Shown here: piece by piece, positions 47,120 through 58,834 of the stretch
Layout: each line of letters begins with the position of its first letter
Numbering within the stretch: the first letter of the stretch is position 1
Position numbers and translations under genes: made by a program
The notes under the pieces: generated by a model
What the model saw: the letters and a program-made list of their open reading frames with translations, nothing else
What the model was told of the DNA's origin: nothing
The model's database searches: none
Assembly (NCBI GenBank): GCA_002189035.1
Contig: NEEC01000002.1
Coordinates: 1,302,001 to 1,366,000, forward strand
Reading direction: 5' to 3'
Source: Utricularia gibba
Taxonomy: Eukaryota; Plantae; Magnoliophyta
Length of the DNA stretch: 64,000 nucleotides

Positions 47120-49056
47120 CTATACAATCCTGCCATTGCGGGATAAACCATTACTGCAATCACCTCCGGCATCAAGCCCACAAGGGGAGTCAAACCATTT
47201 GGGATTTTCATGATAGAAACTATCAACCTGTACAACTGGATCAATCGTTTCATCATGTCTCAAGGGCTTGATGGGATTTTCGGGACTGCCACAACCAAGA
47301 ATGCTTTTCTGATCAAAATCACTATATTTCAGCCACTTCTCCTCTTTGCAGGCCTCACCAAGAAGGTCTCTTTCGTTCCTGCACTCTGTCCTCATTTGAC
47401 CCCAAGATGCAACTTCCCCTAGAGTTCTCCCGAAGCTGTCCTCATCATCTTCGATAACATCCGTTTCCTTGGCGACTCCATATATCCTTGCATGATGATC
47501 ATCACCCCAATCAGACAAATCATGTTCCACTACCAACAGATCCTCTAAATGCTGCTTCTCTGATAACATGCCACTGGATTTCAATCCATCATCCCCAACA
47601 CTTCTTAGCTTATTAGCAATCTCAAACAGTTCACGAGACACTGAACCTAGAAGCGGAGATGGCATTTTGGAAATTCTCTCCTCGAGTAAGCCCAATTCAT
47701 TCCTCAACTCCTGCAGCTGTTGCAGAACTAGATCTGCTGAGTCATTACCGTAAAACCCAAAACCTTCAGTTTCTCCATCTTCTGCCATCCCATACACAGT
47801 CTCATGATCAATTTCGTACCCCCCCTTATGCCCAACCATACGGTGCATTATCCTGGCATTTCCATCCAATGGCCCAGGTTCATGCCCAGAATGCACAGCA
47901 TATAGCTTAAACACGGCTGTTCCTTCCTCCTCATACACAAATGTCTTGTCCTTCTCGTTATAATTTGATATTGGAACTATAGCCCTTATCCGAAATCCAC
48001 ACCCACATCTTTTTGATGTATATGGCTCTCGTTTCAAAATCCGAGACTTCTTTGATGAAGCAGGTTCCCCAGCTCTATGGCAGGCATAGTCCTTTACCTC
48101 GGCCATAAATGGCTTATACCGAATGTACTTTTGTCGGATGCACAGCACAACCTTATGCTTTGCAGCCAATTGTTGCAACTTTCTAGGAACTTCCTTGGCT
48201 GGAACTTCAAGAGACTCAGTATATTCAAACCTCCGTCTCTTGGACCTTGGAGCACATCCAGAAGATTCATCAGAGCAAATCGGGCAAGAAGACAAACATG
48301 TCCTGATATAACTCTCCGGTATTCCATAAAATTTGGCCCCAACTGTCCAAAACTGTTTAATTTTGTCTATGGTTTCTTTCAATCCCAAGTGTTTAAAATC
48401 CGCATCGCTATGGAATGACATAACAATGTCCTGCCACTGATCAATATGGGAAACAAATTGATTGGAATTGTTCTTAAAACATATGTAATGACTGCCGTTA
48501 CCCGTGACATTGGCAGCCTGCTGCGGCACTTGCACAGCCAATTTATCCTGTATGCGCTTCCATGCCGTTAAATAGGCAGTATCCTCATTACGATCCTTCC
48601 ACACAGAGCGCCAGCTGGACAGTAGGGGCGGGGGCGTAGCACCACGAATCTCCTCCGGGTCGCTAATCGGCCCTCAATTAGGCATTGGATCATTAGGGCA
48701 TGCGATTCCTTGTTGAAGGTATAAAATTGGGAAGAAATATGCGGCTCCGGACTAACGCATAGCGTCTGCTGATTCATCAGCCTCTTATTCTGCATCATCA
48801 TGGAGTGATTTGGTAAGCTAGGGTTCTGAAACAGTTCTCCTCCGACCGTCGCCCGGAGAGGGAGCTCGGCATCGGAAGAGTTTGGGCTGACTTCATCATC
48901 CTCTTCATCACGGAGAAGGTCGATCTCAGCCAGGGAGAATGCTTCATCGTCCACTGAGGGATGGGCGTGTGGCTTCGGAGGCACGATGAATTGCTCATGC
49001 GCCTGCGGCGGCCCTAGATGTTGAAAAGGATCATCCTCAATCTTGCTCGGATTCAT
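47120..49056 (-). CDS. Uncharacterised intronless protein with integrase-H2C2-like and FAR1/GCM-like zinc-finger motifs (one -1 frameshift at ~48657)
   Basis: ORFs 48568-49056 and 47120-48604 join if one C is added in ACCCGG (gives LATPEEIRGATPPPLLSSWRSVWKDRNEDTAY). Confidence refers to the gene existing; the domain calls are less certain. Confidence 0.85.
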
Positions 49057-49481
49057 GCTTCCGCCGGTGAATTGTGGAGATGGAGACTCTCAGCTGCCGC
49101 CTGTGGAACTCGCCCCGCGGACTTTCACTCTGAACATAGAGATAGAGAGAGAGAGGATCCGCCGAATCTCTCCGGTCCCAAACCTTTGCTCTTTATATAC
49201 TCCCCTTAATAAATAATAAAAATAATCCTAATAATTTATTTTTCTTGACTATGTTTGCATTTCCACAGAATGAACACTTTTCTTTTGAAAACCAACGCAT
49301 CTTGCTCCGTGGCACTCGAATTCCATGCTATGCGTTATAGCTATGGAGTATGAGGTTGGTGTGATGTAATGTAACAGTAGTGGAATGGAGCAAGTGCTGT
49401 AACGTAAAATTTCGGCTTCTCTGAAGTTTTTAACGCGTGCGTTTTCATCGGGGCGACGAAAAGGTGAGATTTTTTGTGACA

Positions 49482-51926
49482 ATGGGATTGATTTCTGGGA
49501 TTGTAATGGGGACGCTGTTTGGGATCGCGATAGTGATAACCTGGGCGCACATGATGAGCTACCGCGCCAACAAGAGAATCACCAAGGTCTGGTCTTGATT
49601 CACGATCGTTTCAATTTCCGAATGCGAAAATGATTCTTGGTTCGCAGATTAGAGCCCTGCGATCAGATTGAATTTGGGTGTTCGTATTTGTGTTGGCAGG
49701 CGGTAGATATTAAGCTGTTGAGCACATTGAACAGGGATGATATCAAGAAACTGTGTGGAGATAACTTCCCAGACTGGATATCGTTCCCAGTTTTTGAACA
49801 GGTATTTTATTTGACTGTGTCTATACATATTGGCGTTGATGTTGCAAATGAAGATGCGGTATCTTCATATTTTACGTTCATTTGGGGAAGTGTTTTTGTT
49901 TCACTTGGTAAAATGGGAGAAGAATGCAATGCCTGTTTAAGATTTCTGAATAATGAGTGGATCTTTTTCCTGTTGGTTTTAGTTTTATCTATGCTTATGC
50001 ATCCAATTTTCAGGTGAAGTGGTTGAACAAGCATCTGAGCAAACTATGGCCGTATATCGCAGATGTATGCTCTGTCTTTTCCCCTACATTGTCTGGCTCA
50101 GTGTCGAAGTCATTTTCTTTTTACTAGGCAGGGGAAGCAATAATAAAGGAGACTGTGGAGCCATTGTTGGAAGACTATCGGCCTCCTGGGATCACTTCAC
50201 TCAAGTTCAGTAAATTGTCTTTAGGAACCGTGGCTCCAAAAATTGAGGGTTCGCCATTTGCTTCACATGTTTATGCAGCTATCTGTTTCTCTGCTTCACA
50301 ATTTAAAGTTTTTATCACAGGAATCAGAGTCCAGAGTCTGAAGGAAGGCCAAATAACTATGGATATTGATCTCCGATGGGGTGGAGATCCGAGCATTATC
50401 CTAGGTGTTGAAGCAGCACTTGTTGCATCGATTCCCATTCAAGTTAGCTCTGGTTTCCTTATCTTCCTTCACCTCTCAAGCTATTGATTGTTCAGTGGAA
50501 GCTTACTCAGCACCCTTGTTTTCAGTTGAAAGATCTCCAAGTTTTTACTGTCGTCCGCACAATTTTCCAGCTCACAGATGAAATCCCCTGCATCTCTGCA
50601 ATTGTCGTGGCTCTCCTTGCAGAGGTAGTGTTTTACAAGCTCTTAAAATGTTCCTGCTTCTGATCTGAAGTCTACTTATTGTACTGGTCCTGGCCATTCA
50701 GCCGAAACCGAGAATAGATTACACCCTTAAAGCTGTAGGTGGAAGTTTAACAGCACTTCCTGGAATCTCAGACATGATAGATGTAAGATTCTTCCCTTCT
50801 CGTAATCGCAGCTATGCAATGATACTGAATGGGAAATGACCCGTTTTCAGGACACAGTTAACTCGATCATTACAGATGCACTGCAATGGCCACACCGGAT
50901 TGTGGTTCCAATCGGTGGAACGCCTGTAGATACAAGGTCTCGCTTTTCTTACTGGAATAGCCTTTCCTTTTGTTGAAGAAGTTGCTTTTCTTTAAACTGG
51001 TAACAAAACCTGCAGCGAGCTAGAGCTGAAGCCCGAGGGAAGCTGACGGTGACGGTGGTGAAAGCAAGTGCCCTGAAAAACATGGAGTTTATCGGAAAAT
51101 CGGATCCCTACGTGACGCTGCACATCCGTCCAATCTTTAAAATGACAACACGGGTGTTGGACGATAACCTGAACCCTGTCTGGAACGAGACCTTCGAGCT
51201 CATCGCAGAAGACAAAGAGACCCAGTCTCTGATTCTCGAGGTTCCCTTTTTGTTCTTTTGTGGAAATTCAATGTCGGATTTCCTGCAACTTCTCCCTCAT
51301 TGTCGAATAATCAATCAGGTTCTGGACGAGGATATAGGACAAGATAAACGGTTAGGCATAGCTAAGTTGCCTCTGGCAGAGCTTGAACCTGAATCCTCAA
51401 AGGAAATCGAGCTCCGGCTTCTTCCCTCACTGAATATGCTTATGATCAAGGACAAGAAGGATCGTGGGACTCTAACGATTCAGGTAAGGAATGATACTTG
51501 TAGTGGTCGACAATGTTCGAGTAGTACAATTTGTATGTCATGGCAGATACTCTTTTGCAGGTGTTTTACCACCAGTTCAACAAAGAAGAGCAGCTGGCTG
51601 CGCTGGAGGATGAGAAGCGGACTTTAGAGGAACGAAAGAAGCTAAAGGAATCAGGGGCAATCGGCAGTACGACGGACGCTGTTGATGGAGCAGTTTCCAT
51701 GGCTGGCTCCGGCGCTGGTTTAGTGGGTAGCGGAATTGGCGCCGGAGTTGGCCTCGTCGGGAGTGGCCTCGGAGCTGTCGGCAGTGGGATCAGCAAAGCC
51801 GGTAAGTTCATGGGACGCACAATTACCGGACACGCAAGTGCATCGCGGAGGAGGGTCAATTCTACCTCCGCCGCGGATCATTTGGTTTCGGAAAACGGCG
51901 TCGACATGCCTCGCCCATCCGCTTGA
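49482..51926 (+). CDS. SYT7: Synaptotagmin-like SMP-C2 protein (SYT7/CLB1/NTMC2T4); one -1 frameshift at ~51038
   Basis: MGLISGIVMG.., FPDWISFP, VKWLNK, SKLSLGTVAPKIEG, LQWPHRIVVP, GKSDPYV, NLNPVWNETF, Gly-rich C-terminus; ~11 exons. Confidence 0.94.
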
Positions 51927-52080
51927 AGCGCGGTTTCTTGAAAATCAAGAACCTCTTAGTTGAAACTATTTCCACGAAAGTTTCCCATGATACTTTTGGG
52001 TGAATTCAGTGACATCGGAGACGACATTAAAAAAGAAAGAGCACAAAGAACAGAGCATGCAGACATCTGCAGGGTTGCTG

Positions 52081-53401
52081 CTATTCCCTGTCCTGAATCC
52101 ATGCCACGAAGGCTCGAAGTGTTTCTTCGTCTGCTCGATGATGTTTCTGGGTGAATTCCAACAACTCCGGCCAGGTAAAATCAGGGTACATTCGTGGATT
52201 CTCTTCTGAGACAAGGCATGTCGGTGGGCAGACAAGCCGTTCTCTGCTCGGACAGAGGAAAAAAGCCACAGACTTCCTTGAAGCATCGCTGTTCACCACG
52301 GCTCTATGCAAGCATCCCTTGTAAACTCCATTCGACAGCGCCTGCAAAACATTCGGACTGAGTTCAGTTTTATCACAAGACGGAAGCAGTTTCTTGATGC
52401 GATGACGAAGTTACAGTGAAAGTATCCCCGATGTTGACGACGAAGTCTCGAGGGTTTGGAGGAATAGATCGCCATTGTCCATCTACGAACACTTCCAGCC
52501 CGGGGACATGATCCTGATGGAGAACCGTGACGGCGGTCGGGTCGCAATGTGGGCCGGTCCCCATAGTGAGCTCCGGCGCCGGACAACTGGGGTAGTGATT
52601 GAATCTAATGATGGAGTCATGATCCTGAAAGAATTCCTTGAAATACTCAGCTCCCACCCCCAAGCTCTCCCCAAGAACCCCAACACTTTCAGACAGAGAC
52701 CGTAAACAGCGTCCCCGTACTTCTGCAACGTCCTCCTATTGCACCCATGAATCAATTGAACACGTTATCACTTTCGCATGCACACAGCCATTGAATTGAG
52801 CTCAGTGTAGGGTTAGAGGAATTTCTGGGCGTTCGTGCTTATGAAAGTTTAATTCAAAAAAGCATTTTGTACCCAAATGCAGCATAAGGATGGTGTTCAT
52901 CTTTCTCCATCACTTCCATGAAAAACTTTTCCAGATCGCCCTCCACTGTGTGGCGAAACGTCAGCGTTTCCTTCCACGGAAGCTTAGTCTCGAATCGGCC
53001 GATGAAGGCACTCGAATAGCCATCCCGGGCGCCCGGTTGCCTTGTAGCCCGCCTTTTCTCCTCCATCGGCAGTTGCATGAACATGTCAATGCCACGGTGC
53101 ACCTCCTCCACCAGCTTCATATCGAAACCATGGTTCACCACAACGAAGAAACCATGGTGACGGCACGCCTGGTCCACCACCCTCGCCGCCGCGTGGTCGA
53201 AGTTCTGCAGGTCGACCTGCGGGACGTCCAGCGGTGGAGGTGGAACGGGGCCGCGTCTGTAGCTCTCCGGCCATACGAATTGGCCGGAGGCGGTGAAGGG
53301 GGGTGTCTGAGAGAGCATTTTTCGGGATGATGAAGTGCGACGGAGATAACTTCAATGTCTAAAGAGGAGTGGAAGTTCAGGTTTCCCATGTGTCGTCGCA
53401 T
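52081..53401 (-). CDS. GA20ox: Gibberellin 20-oxidase (2OGD), 3 exons; -1 frameshift at ~52670 and uncertain start
   Basis: QFVWP, HGFFVVVNHG, LPWKET, FNHYP, GPHCDPT (HxD), VVNIGDTF, LSNGVYKGCLHRAVVN, RKS, YPDFTW. Confidence 0.9.
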
Positions 53402-54689
53402 GCAGGATTCTCGTGTTGGTTAGTTCTCTGCCAACACGATCCTAGGAAACAAACGCTGTTAAGGACACACCAGTTTCCTTTCTTTCTTCTGTTGTTTGTT
53501 TGTTAGAGCAACAACACATCTGCATGCTTTTTTCATGCAGGGATTTGGCCCTAAATCCTTCTTCTAACTCCAAAAATCACTCATCCCGGCGGTCGCCTCC
53601 CTAAAATTGTTAAAAAGTATTACATGTTATCTAAGTTATTTGTAATAAATTACATAAGCATTTTAATATTAATTTTATTATCAAATATGAATGAATTATC
53701 TTTTAAAAAATTTAAAAACTTAAAAAAAATCTTATTTTTAAGAATAAATAATATCTCAACTACTATAGTTTTAAAATTAATTTTTTAATTTAGAAATCTC
53801 ATTTTTTTTTAATATCGGCAACAAAAAAAATATTATTTTAAGTTTTAAGGTTATCATATGATATATTATTTCTTTTTGGCCCCAGTAATAATTGGCATGG
53901 AAGGTTGGCCCATACTATAGAAAGCCCATTTCTATACCCCGGATGACTATCCCGGATAAGCTTAAATTCAATTATCCAATAATAGTTGGGGGTTTATTGA
54001 AATTAAAAAAAGAGGAGTGATGTAATTACGATGTTCTTTTGGATTGAAATGTAATTAACTGCTTTTTTTTTTCTTGTGAAGTATGAAATGGATTCTGCGC
54101 AAGAGTGATTTTGGCTCTAACCTTCATCAACGGTCTTCCGATTCATCTCTCAGGCAATTCCGTTTTCCGAACGGGGGAGAAAGCGCCTTCTTGCGCTTGA
54201 ACAGAGAGCATCCTTAATTTGTTCAAGCATCACTGTCGTTTGTACTGCACTTGCAGATCCACGCGAGTTATTTGGATAATTTCTTGTTCCAGTGATTTGA
54301 TATACGAGTGATGGGATTTGGCAGTTTGTTGTCATCGTTACTGCATATCTGAGGATTGTGGGATTCTTAACAGGTAGTTCATACACTGATGTGAGGATTG
54401 TGGAATTTTAGTGGTTCTGAGTTGGTGAAGCTTTTAATTTTTGGTTTGACGGTGTTGAATGATGTAATTCTCTTACTGTGGCTCTTTGTTTCTTTTTATT
54501 TTTGTGGTCCTTTACTTGAGGGCAAGAATTATGGGAAGATGTTTTGTAGTTTTGGTGGTTTGGAAAAACCTCAGTCACACATTCACCAGCCAACAACCAC
54601 CTATCCAGATGGCCCTAAAAGCCCTCTTCTCACAAGAGCTCTGAGTGGCTTCTTCTTCTTTCATAAAGCTCTAATCTTCACTTCTGCGC

Positions 54690-56243
54690 ATGGCATACCC
54701 TATTCGAACCCCATCAAAATTGTCTCCATCTTCTTCTTCTCCCAAGTTCATTTCAATAACGCTGTGCAAATTTCTCCATTCACCTCTGCCTTCTCCCTGC
54801 AAGACTACTCCTAGGTTTCCCTTGTGTTGCCAATCCCCAAGACAACAATACTCTTCAACAGCTTCAGATTCGGCCCTCTTGTCGTTTTTTCGAGCAATCC
54901 CGGATTGGGCTGATGGGGTGAAGGAGAGGGGAATGAAACAGAAAAGGGTCTTGTATGATCATGAAAAATGGCTTGAGCACAGGAGCTCCACCAGACATTT
55001 GAGGCATCTCCTTAACAGCTTGAGTTCCAGAGTAATTTTGTCATTGGTTCCACCGGTGATCGTTTGTACTTTCTTGGCTGTAGTGATTGCGAGTTATAAT
55101 TCTGCGGTATCCACACATTGGTTGCCTGAGTTCTTCCCTACTCTGAGATCCTCTTCTCTGCCTTATCAGCTCACAGCCCCCGCCTTGGCTTTGCTATTGG
55201 TTTTTAGGACGGAGGCATCATATTCCAGATTCGATGAAGCGAGAAAAATTTGGTCCAGGATTACTGCAGGAGCCAATGATTTAGCTACACAAGTTATTGT
55301 CATCTCCGAAAGTCCAGCTGATGAGAAACTCAGAAGGGTCATCTTGAAGTATATTGCGGCTTTCCCAGTTGCACTCAAGGTTCGTTCAGCTTTACCCCTT
55401 TATGTTGAATATGTGAAAGGAAAGGTTCCATACTGATAGCTTCTCGTTTGCAATGCAGTGCCACATCATTTATGGCTTAGATATTGCAAAGGATCTTCAA
55501 GGTATACTTGAAACTGATGATCTAGCCATGGTTCTCCAATCAAAGCATCGCCCTCGTTTTATCATCGAGTTCATTGCTCAAAGCCTAAACATGCTTGATG
55601 TGGAGGCCCCAAAGCTCAATGTGCTGGTACCTTTCTTCCCATGAAGCATCCATAACCTTGAGCATAGCCCATCTGTTAAAGATTGTACCTATCCGCTTGC
55701 TTCCATTTGCATTCCTCTTGAGCTGCGGGCATCTTCTTCCACTTGCAGGAATCAAAGCTAACCTGCTTCCACGAAGGAATCGAGACATGTGAGCAGCTTA
55801 TAGGCATACCCATCCCTCTATCCTACACCCGTTTGACATCAAGAATTTTAGTTCTCTGGCATTGCACCCTCCCAGTTGTCCTGTGGGATGAGTGCCACTG
55901 GATCGTCGTTCCTGCTACTCTCATTAGTTCTGCGGTCTTATTCGGCATAGAGGAGGTAAAACCACATCTAACTAAACCTACAGCTCTCTCCCCAACATCT
56001 TGAGCTTACTGTAAACCCAAAGCATGATGTTTCCAGGTGGGGGTCCTCATAGAAGAGCCTTTCCCAATGCTTCCTCTTGATGAAATCTGCCAAGGGGTTC
56101 TCAGAAATGTGGATGAGACTCTCGGGAACGGTAAGGTGATCAGAGAACATGTCAGAAACAAGTCCCTGCGCCTGCACCGTCGTCATCATCCTCCACTCAA
56201 CGGCCGCCGGAGCTCTTCTCCTCTCCAAGATTCACATGGCTGA
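54690..56243 (+). CDS. VCCN1: Bestrophin-like thylakoid chloride channel (UPF0187; VCCN1/Best1-like), 4 exons
   Basis: Transit peptide, IPDWAD, HRSSTRH, LLLVFRTEASYSRF, KHRP, PIPLSYTRLTSR, IEEVGVLIEEPF. Confidence 0.94.
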
Positions 56244-56717
56244 CGAGGTGTCTTCGTCCCTGAACACACAGATCCTGATAGCCTCCTCACGCAGCAGAGA
56301 GGTATCTTTAATGATCTCAAGTTTTGGCTTAGAAGGATGCTTTCTTTCTTCTCTAGTGTTGTAGATATGTAGTGCATTCCTCTGTGGGAGTCCATCAAAT
56401 TGCTTTCTCCTTTGGACACACCACTACTGAGTTGGGATGAACATTGTAAATGGGAACTATTAATACACCACTATCAAACAGTCGAAATTGAACATGTTCG
56501 ATATTTAGATTATGTTTCACATTTATTTTTTAGGTTAATTCTACTTCTACAACTATAAAATTGTGATTATCATCACAAAAATAAATATTTTTCTTTTATT
56601 TATTTTAAAATATTACTTTCTCCTTTTTCATTCATTTACTCTATATAAACATGAGGATTAATTATATCAAACGATATTTAGTGCCAAGTGAACGGGGTTA
56701 AAATTAACTAAGGCTGA

Positions 56718-56741
56718 TTTTTTTTTTTTTTTTTTTTTTTT
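56718..56741 (+). repeat. Poly-T tract (~24 nt)
   Basis: Homopolymer in the intergenic region. Confidence 0.85.
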
Positions 56742-56973
56742 GCTGATAAAAAAATTTGCTCAGGCTGAAAATGATAACAGTAACTTGGTTAAGGTGGGAA
56801 TTTTGGAAATGAAAAATAAAATATTTATTTAATGGGGGGAATATGATTCCTGTCTTGAAAGCCGCCATATAATAAAGCTTATTAATTCAAATTTCGGTCT
56901 TCTTCTTTCGGAGAATCCAATTCTGCAAACCCTAATTCCCACAAGTTCTTGTGTTGTTTGAGTGGAATTTCAA

Positions 56974-57618
56974 ATGTCAACTGCGACGAGCTCTGTGGAA
57001 CTCCCAGAGCCTGTAGAGGAAGAGGAGCTGATGAAACTGGAGGAAGAGGTTCACCAGATGGCGCAGAGAATTCACGAATTCAGAGCCACGCTGCCGGATC
57101 AACTGGCGTCCACTTTGTCTTCGCTGGTAGAATCTCAAAGACCAGTTTCGCCCCTCATTTCAGTGGAAAACCGTGGAGGCCGTGTTTTGGCAGCACCGGA
57201 GTCCGTGGCTGGATCAGGTGAAGGTTGCTGTAGCTCTATCTTGCTGTTTTCGATGACTCAGAAAGTAGATCTTGAGCTTAAATGATGCATTGATCTGGAA
57301 AAATCGGAGACTTGTGTGGCTAATAAAGATTTCATGTTTTCTTATTCACTGTCATTATGCCTGCTTACTCTCATTTACATGACAGGTTCAATGGGAGATA
57401 ATGATTCCTCTATTGAAAACGGTAGCCGGGAAGAAGCTGAGAGAATACAACTCCTCAAGCAGAAGATTTCAAGTAATACCTCAACCCTGCCTGTTGTGTT
57501 GAAAAGAATGAAGGAGTGTATGCAAAGAGTAGATACACTTGAATCCTCTAGTGAAAACATCCCTCCAGTCTTCAAAAGAAAAAGAACCACTTCATCCTGC
57601 GGTGCATGTCTTCATTGA
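56974..57618 (+). CDS. Small conserved coiled-coil protein of unknown function (2 exons)
   Basis: KLEEEVHQMAQRIHEFRATLPDQL, LKQKISSN..LPVVLKRMKEC..VDTL..IPPVFKRKR recalled as At3g61370-like; intron ~57218-57384; telo-box AAACCCTAA at ~56927. Confidence 0.8.
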
Positions 57619-57991
57619 GATTGCTATAAGTGAGCTCCCTAAAGTAATCCAGATTTGGCGGGGGGCAGAAATTGTGCAACACTCTAGAAATGGTTGTGTT
57701 ATTGGTAGGGATTGGAACAGGAGGTTCAGTACAGAAAGATTGCAACTTTCTGTAGCTGACCATGAGCCTTGTGTGTTGCACCATTTGAAAGTTAGATTGC
57801 CTTGTATGTGTATTGCTTGCACTCCCTGTTCTCTTTCAAGGAGTGCATGAAATGTAATGTAAAATTTGATTATCAGAATCAACAAACTGCATCCTTGTTG
57901 ATTATCAGAATGCAGTGTGGTTGCTTCTTCATTGTGATCCATGAAGTTCATTGTGTCCTTTAACTTTTATGTTCCCAGTTCTAGCATTGAA

Positions 57992-58304
57992 TTAAGTTAA
58001 GCATGCAGTGTACTGATACATTCCTGGTTTATCAGTCCGAGAAGCGCTGGTGCTTATGATATGGTAACTAAGGAGTGTGAAGTGAGAAAACTGACAAAAG
58101 GGATGAACTGATGGTTTTGCTTTGGTTTCTGAACAACTCACCGTTTGGGGAAGCCCAGGGCGCGCGGCGTGGTTGTACCTCGATGCTGAGGTGTGCATAA
58201 ATTTCTGCAATAATTATAATTATATTCATGATGTAAATAAAATTTTTACAACGGTGATAAAATAAAATCAAGTGTGCTCACTGTAAGATTTCTTCTTCAC
58301 GCAT
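57992..58304 (-). other. Candidate unannotated three-exon minigene (53-aa ORF) or spliced ncRNA
   Basis: Two introns (58205-58281 and 58068-58141), both with GTGAG donors and YAG acceptors; spliced ORF is open. No homology recognised. Confidence 0.35.
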
Positions 58305-58834
58305 TTATTAGGTGCTTTTTTAATGAAATGTGTTTAGTGATGGACGGATATCTCTGCAGACCGCGACGAACTCAATCGGGAAAACGGCATTTCCTGAGTC
58401 CGAGGTGGGAAGGATGGGCTGGAGCAGGATCAAGATCAGGATCAGTTTTTCTAGTTGAACTGAAGCCATTAGATTTACCAAGTATTTGATGTTCTTGAGT
58501 TCCCTTCAGCACTTCGTTTTTTCGGATAAAGCTGGGCTCTATATCGTTGTTACCCATCTTCTCTTCAGGGTTAAATTGGGTGTGCTTGAAATTTCCGTTT
58601 GAGATCTGGAAACCCATTTGCTCTTTCGGTGTTTAAACTACTAAACCTGCCCAATTTTCTCTGTATGCTAATGTAAACGAAGTACTTGGCCTCCGTTCTG
58701 CTTCAGATTTTGGAACCAGAGCTGCGTTTACAAATCCGAGCTCAGCTGGGTTAATTTGGGTTGGTGTAATAGTGTTTCTTCGTCGTCTGAATAGGGTTTT
58801 GCTCTCAATTTTGCATCTAGCTTATCAGCTGGAA

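Noticed and set aside
5491-51926. Functional cluster of ER-Golgi trafficking and lipid genes (RER1, Sec14, COPA, GOS12, SYT7) and a GA pair (GASA, GA20ox)
   Set aside because: Interspersed with unrelated genes, probably from different ancestral blocks; these categories are common, so chance is sufficient.
56718-56741. Poly-T as the tail of a SINE, LINE or retrocopy
   Set aside because: No TSD, Pol III boxes or processed coding sequence adjacent.
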